Positions 40,047-43,451 of a stretch of DNA of 43,451 nt are shown here, piece after piece. Each line of letters starts with the position of its first letter. Within the stretch, counting starts at the first letter, position 1. The translations under genes and the position numbers were made by a program. Origin of the DNA: a virus; the IMG/VR virus record IMGVR_UViG_3300049188_000023; one strand, given 5' to 3'. Under the pieces are notes generated by a model that did no database searches, was not told the DNA's origin, and saw only the letters and a program-made list of their open reading frames with translations.

Positions 40047-40465
40047 AGCGCGGCACGTTCAAGCGGCCGGAGTACCAGCGCCCTCCCCGCGCTCCGATTC
40101 AGCCGCTCGTTGGCTGCCGTGGTGTGTACGCGCCAGCAGCGAATGAGCCTGTGGTGGTGGCGAAGGTGTCGCCCGCGCGCTCGGAGTCGTACAGACGCTG
40201 GGTTGCCTCACTACCCTGCATCGTGTGCGGCATCGAGGGCTACTCGCAAGCGGCGCACCCGAACTGCGGGCGAGGGCTGGGCCAGAAAGCGAGCGACCTG
40301 GAATGCTTCCCGCTGTGCAGCACGAGGCCGGGGCACATGGGCCACCACGCCGAGCATGACCTGCTGATCGAGATGACGCTGGCCGAGCGCCGCCAGCTTG
40401 AGCAGCAGTACATCGCCAAGACACAGGCCACGGCTCGGGCTGTCGGTCGGGGAGAGCTTGCATGA
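40043..40465 (+). CDS. Cys/His-rich protein (DUF968-like putative nuclease)
   Basis: ATGA overlap; YRRWVASLPCIVCG...AHPNCGRGLGQKASD...PLC...HH..H. Confidence 0.45.
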   Translation: MKRGTFKRPEYQRPPRAPIQPLVGCRGVYAPAANEPVVVAKVSPARSESYRRWVASLPCIVCGIEGYSQAAHPNCGRGLGQKASDLECFPLCSTRPGHMGHHAEHDLLIEMTLAERRQLEQQYIAKTQATARAVGRGELA

Positions 40466-40851
40466 AGCGCACCTTCCGCCTCGTCCATCGCACCGCCCGC
40501 GCAAATGCCGTCGAGTGTGTCGCCTCGGCGCCTGATGGCTTCATCGTGACCGTACAGCCGCCGACCCGGTCATTGGCCGCTAACGCTCGTATGTGGGCAC
40601 TTCTCACAGAGGTTGCCGAGCGAGTCGTGTGGCACGGCCGGAAGCTGTCACCGGAGCAATGGAAGCACATCTTCTCTGCCGCGCTGAAGAAGCAAGATGT
40701 GGTGCCAAACATCGACGGCACTGGATTCGTTGTGCTCGGGCAAAGCACCTCACAGATGAGTGTGGCCGAGATGAACGAGCTTCAGACCCTAATCGAGGCC
40801 TTCGGCGCGCAGCAGGGTGTTGTGTTCGACACCGCCTCGCAAGGCACCTGA
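40462..40851 (+). CDS. ninB: NinB/Orf recombination mediator
   Basis: IFSAALKKQDVVPNIDGTGFVVLGQSTSQM vs lambda NinB VFTAALKQQDVVPNLAGNGFVVIGQSTSRM. Confidence 0.93.
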   Translation: MKRTFRLVHRTARANAVECVASAPDGFIVTVQPPTRSLAANARMWALLTEVAERVVWHGRKLSPEQWKHIFSAALKKQDVVPNIDGTGFVVLGQSTSQMSVAEMNELQTLIEAFGAQQGVVFDTASQGT

Positions 40852-40893
40852 TGCCAGACCGCTGACCGTCGCGAAACACACAAGGGACAACAC

Positions 40894-41625
40894 ATGCGCT
40901 ACTTTGACGACGACGAGGCCAAGCGGCTCAACGCTGAGCAGTGGCAGCTAGACCTGCTCAAGGCAAACCCGAGCTACTGCTCCTGGGGGCCGCACGAGGA
41001 CTACATGATCGTTCATGGCGATGGGTGGAATTCGCCCATCGTTTCCGACTCGTGGTCCGACTTCGGACCCTGGGAACTTGACGATCTGAACGAGTGCGCC
41101 GGCTTCTATTTTGAAGTCGACCGCGAATCACAGGAGTGCGGCGCCTGTGGCGGTAACGGCTACCACCCGCTTGCGCAGGAGGTCGTCAATGGCTTCTACA
41201 GCCACATGAACGAGCGCGGCGAGCACTGGAACGACAAGATTACTCAGGACGAATTCGATGCGCTCCTCAAAGCTGGGCGCGTACAGCCGACTGACACAGT
41301 GGCGAGCGTGAACGCTGCCAATGCGCCTGGCGCACGCCGCATGGGTCACGATGCCATCAATCGAATGATCCTCACTGAGGCGCGTCTCGCCCGGCTTGGG
41401 CTTCCGAAATTGTGCCCAGAGTGCGAAGGACACGGGAGCATCTATACGGCCCCGACTGCGCATGTATCTCTGGTCCTGTGGTGGATGCATCCGAGGAAAG
41501 GCGCTTCTCGCGGGATCGAAGTGAAGCACATCCAGCGCTCAGATCTTCCAGCCGTCCAGGCCTTTCTGAGGAAGGCCGCCGACCGCAACACGCAGCGCTT
41601 CGCCGGGGTTGACCTAGTAGCGTGA
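40894..41625 (+). CDS. Hypothetical protein (243 aa) with two CxxC pairs
   Basis: AAGGGA RBS; CGACGGNGYH and CPECEGHG. Confidence 0.6.
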   Translation: MRYFDDDEAKRLNAEQWQLDLLKANPSYCSWGPHEDYMIVHGDGWNSPIVSDSWSDFGPWELDDLNECAGFYFEVDRESQECGACGGNGYHPLAQEVVNGFYSHMNERGEHWNDKITQDEFDALLKAGRVQPTDTVASVNAANAPGARRMGHDAINRMILTEARLARLGLPKLCPECEGHGSIYTAPTAHVSLVLWWMHPRKGASRGIEVKHIQRSDLPAVQAFLRKAADRNTQRFAGVDLVA

Positions 41626-41682
41626 CCGTCGCGTCAGAGAGTCAGCCACATGGCGCGAGCAAATGAACAAGAGAGGAATTCA

Positions 41683-42288
41683 ATGACAACCCGAGACCAA
41701 CTGGTAGAGAAGTGCAAGCGTCTGATGCCGGAGTACGGCAGCAGGTGCAGCGCCCGCATGGGCGACGCCGCGATACGTGCGGTTGCCGGTGAACTGCGCG
41801 CAGCAATCGAAGAACTAGCAGCATCCCTGCCCTCGCCTGATCTGCAAGCGTTCGATTCTGCAGTTGCCGAGGAGATGGCTCTTGTTTCTCACTTCCGTCG
41901 TGAAGCAATCGAGCCATGCAAGCGGTTCGCAGGCAATCTGAGGACGCGGCTCGCAGCACCCCAGGGAGTGCAGGCCGAGCCGAAGACGCAGTGGGGCGAC
42001 GCGCGAGTACAGACGGTTTACGAGATCCTGTGCTCGCAAGAGGTTCCGCCCGGCGACCAGCATTGGGAGGGGTGGGTTGCACGTCGCATCGTGGATGCTC
42101 TCGCCACCCCTCCATCACCACCCGCTGTACAGCCTGATCCCGCTGTCTCGCCAGATGTGCGGGAGCTTGTGGAGGCGCTTGATCGGTTGCGCAGGTATCA
42201 CGCGCCATGCGGACATCGTGTGGTGGCACTTGCCGAGTTGCTCGCCAAGGCCGACGTCGCCCTCTCCAAGTACGGGAGCAAGCAATGA
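41683..42288 (+). CDS. Hypothetical protein (201 aa)
   Basis: GAGAGGA 6 nt upstream of ATG 41683 (alternative ATG 41650). Confidence 0.55.
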   Translation: MTTRDQLVEKCKRLMPEYGSRCSARMGDAAIRAVAGELRAAIEELAASLPSPDLQAFDSAVAEEMALVSHFRREAIEPCKRFAGNLRTRLAAPQGVQAEPKTQWGDARVQTVYEILCSQEVPPGDQHWEGWVARRIVDALATPPSPPAVQPDPAVSPDVRELVEALDRLRRYHAPCGHRVVALAELLAKADVALSKYGSKQ

Positions 42289-42521
42289 GCCTCGGAACGA
42301 TTCTCAAAGCGAAGCGCACTGCGCTTGGCATGACATTAGATGAGGTTGCCGCGGCTGCGGGCATGAGTAAGAGCCACCTGCACGGCCTCGAATGCGACAA
42401 GTGCGAGCCCGGCATCGTGCTGTGTGCCCGCCTATCCGTTGCGCTTGGCGTGCCCGTGCAGGCGATGGCAGCGGCCGCGCTGGCTGCCGCCCTCTCAAAG
42501 GCCACAGGAGCACAGCAATGA
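42285..42521 (+). CDS. XRE-family HTH protein (78 aa)
   Basis: ATGA overlap; ILKAKRTALGMTLDEVAAAAGMSKSHLHGLE. Confidence 0.75.
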   Translation: MSLGTILKAKRTALGMTLDEVAAAAGMSKSHLHGLECDKCEPGIVLCARLSVALGVPVQAMAAAALAAALSKATGAQQ

Positions 42522-42883
42522 CAGATCGCAGTGATCGAGAGCTGCTGGAGCGGGCTGCGAAGGCGGCGGGTTATACGTGCTATCGCACCGACGAGCGCGG
42601 ATGGTTCCAGGTCAAGGATCACCCGCTGTACTCGACGTGGGAGCTTTGGAACCCGCTCACCGACGACGGAGATGCATTACGGCTGGCTGTGAAGCTGCGC
42701 ATGGACCTGATGCTTTGTGGAAAGACCAGCGACGAGCGAGGGCCTGCTGCAAGCGTGGTGTTTGCGCTCGGCGACGACTACGACAGCCTGAGTGAGTGGG
42801 TGGCCGACCATGGCGGCGACGAGAACGCCGCCACCCGCCGAGCCATCGTCCGCGCCGCAGCAGCTATCGGGGAGCAGCAATGA
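42518..42883 (+). CDS. Hypothetical protein (121 aa)
   Basis: ATGA overlap; WNPLTDDGDALRLAVKL motif common in phage proteins. Confidence 0.6.
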   Translation: MTDRSDRELLERAAKAAGYTCYRTDERGWFQVKDHPLYSTWELWNPLTDDGDALRLAVKLRMDLMLCGKTSDERGPAASVVFALGDDYDSLSEWVADHGGDENAATRRAIVRAAAAIGEQQ

Positions 42884-43311
42884 CAGACGATGACATGCGC
42901 GAATACGCCCGAGCCTGCGTACTCGCAGATAGAGCAGCTCGGGTGCCACAGCAGCCGGCGCAAGTTGACATCAAGGCGCTTGCGAAGCGGGCCAAGCTAC
43001 CGAAGTACATGTACGACACAGAGGGGGGGTGTGACGCGCTTTCAAGGCTCGTTGCAATTGCCACGCAGCCCTCTCGTGTGCAGCTACTTGTCGAGCAACT
43101 CGCCCAGCAGTGGGATGGGTGCATGTGGGAAGGCCCAGGTGGAGATATCGACATTGGGGAGGCCATCCGAGCTGCAGGCCGGCGTCTTTTGGGAGATTCG
43201 GTCCTGCCCGCCACGCAGCCCATGCCGGCGAGCGGCGCGTCAGGCAGCCACAACGCCGCAGCCGAATCTCCAAAGACTGAATCCCGCACATGGCGCGATG
43301 GCGTCAGATAG
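42880..43311 (+). CDS. Hypothetical protein (143 aa)
   Basis: ATGA overlap with upstream gene. Confidence 0.55.
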   Translation: MTDDDMREYARACVLADRAARVPQQPAQVDIKALAKRAKLPKYMYDTEGGCDALSRLVAIATQPSRVQLLVEQLAQQWDGCMWEGPGGDIDIGEAIRAAGRRLLGDSVLPATQPMPASGASGSHNAAAESPKTESRTWRDGVR

Positions 43312-43324
43312 CCCCAGCGTAGGC

Positions 43325-43451
43325 ACAACCGGATAGACCAATGAGCAAGACCGTGATTCAGATCGTCCGCGAAGGCCTAAAAGCTGACGGCTACAGCGGC
43401 CTCGTTGCGCCGGATAACTCGTGCGGTTGCGCGCTTGACGACTTGCAGCCA
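43325..43451. repeat. Terminal direct repeat copy 2 (identical to 1..127)
   Basis: Exact 127-nt identity with window start; carries a truncated second copy of the 17..256 CDS (ATG at 43341). Confidence 0.95.

Overview
This window is an essentially complete temperate phage genome. It is visibly GC-rich. Bases 1-127 are identical to 43325-43451, so the unique length is 43,324 bp and the contig closes on itself.

The architecture is a P22-like virion module joined to lambdoid early regions.

(1) Minus strand 29038->4971 is one tightly coupled late operon. In order: small membrane protein, RusA-like, Cys-rich protein, HTH, TerS, TerL, a frame-shifted conserved gene, P22-type portal, scaffold, P22-type coat, Gly-rich protein, gp4-like adaptor, three extra genes, gp10-like, gp26-like needle, gp14/7/20/16-like ejection proteins, two receptor-binding proteins, holin, M15 endolysin, and Rz with embedded Rz1.

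(2) attP (4703-4970) is followed by a tyrosine integrase (minus) that overlaps an AlpA-type excisionase convergently.

(3) The immunity switch is at 32.8-33.4 kb, with divergent Cro-like and CI-like HTH genes. Leftward of it lie a long structured leader, a CII-like gene and lambda O/P-like replication genes, with 11-bp phased iterons inside the O-like gene.

(4) The rightward early operon runs 33726->3761 across the circular junction. It encodes a pentapeptide-repeat protein, many small ORFs, a vWA protein, Erf, Gp157, a DUF968-like protein, NinB, an HTH, a Lar-like protein, an ASCH-like gene carrying an HNH endonuclease, and Xis.

Most long ORFs in the six-frame track are GC-driven shadow frames of these genes.

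The most unusual observations are:
- an HNH homing-endonuclease ORF nested out of frame inside a conserved gene whose own frame stays open across a 3n insertion;
- a first-in-operon pentapeptide-repeat gene built from ten near-identical 15-bp units;
- a conserved about 32-nt element placed exactly 27 nt upstream of two late-gene start codons;
- a +1 frame break in the gene between terL and portal;
- a 3-gene insertion inside the otherwise P22-syntenic gp4-gp10 junction.

All family calls come from motif recognition by eye and gene order. No database search was possible, and coordinates of refined starts were derived by hand.
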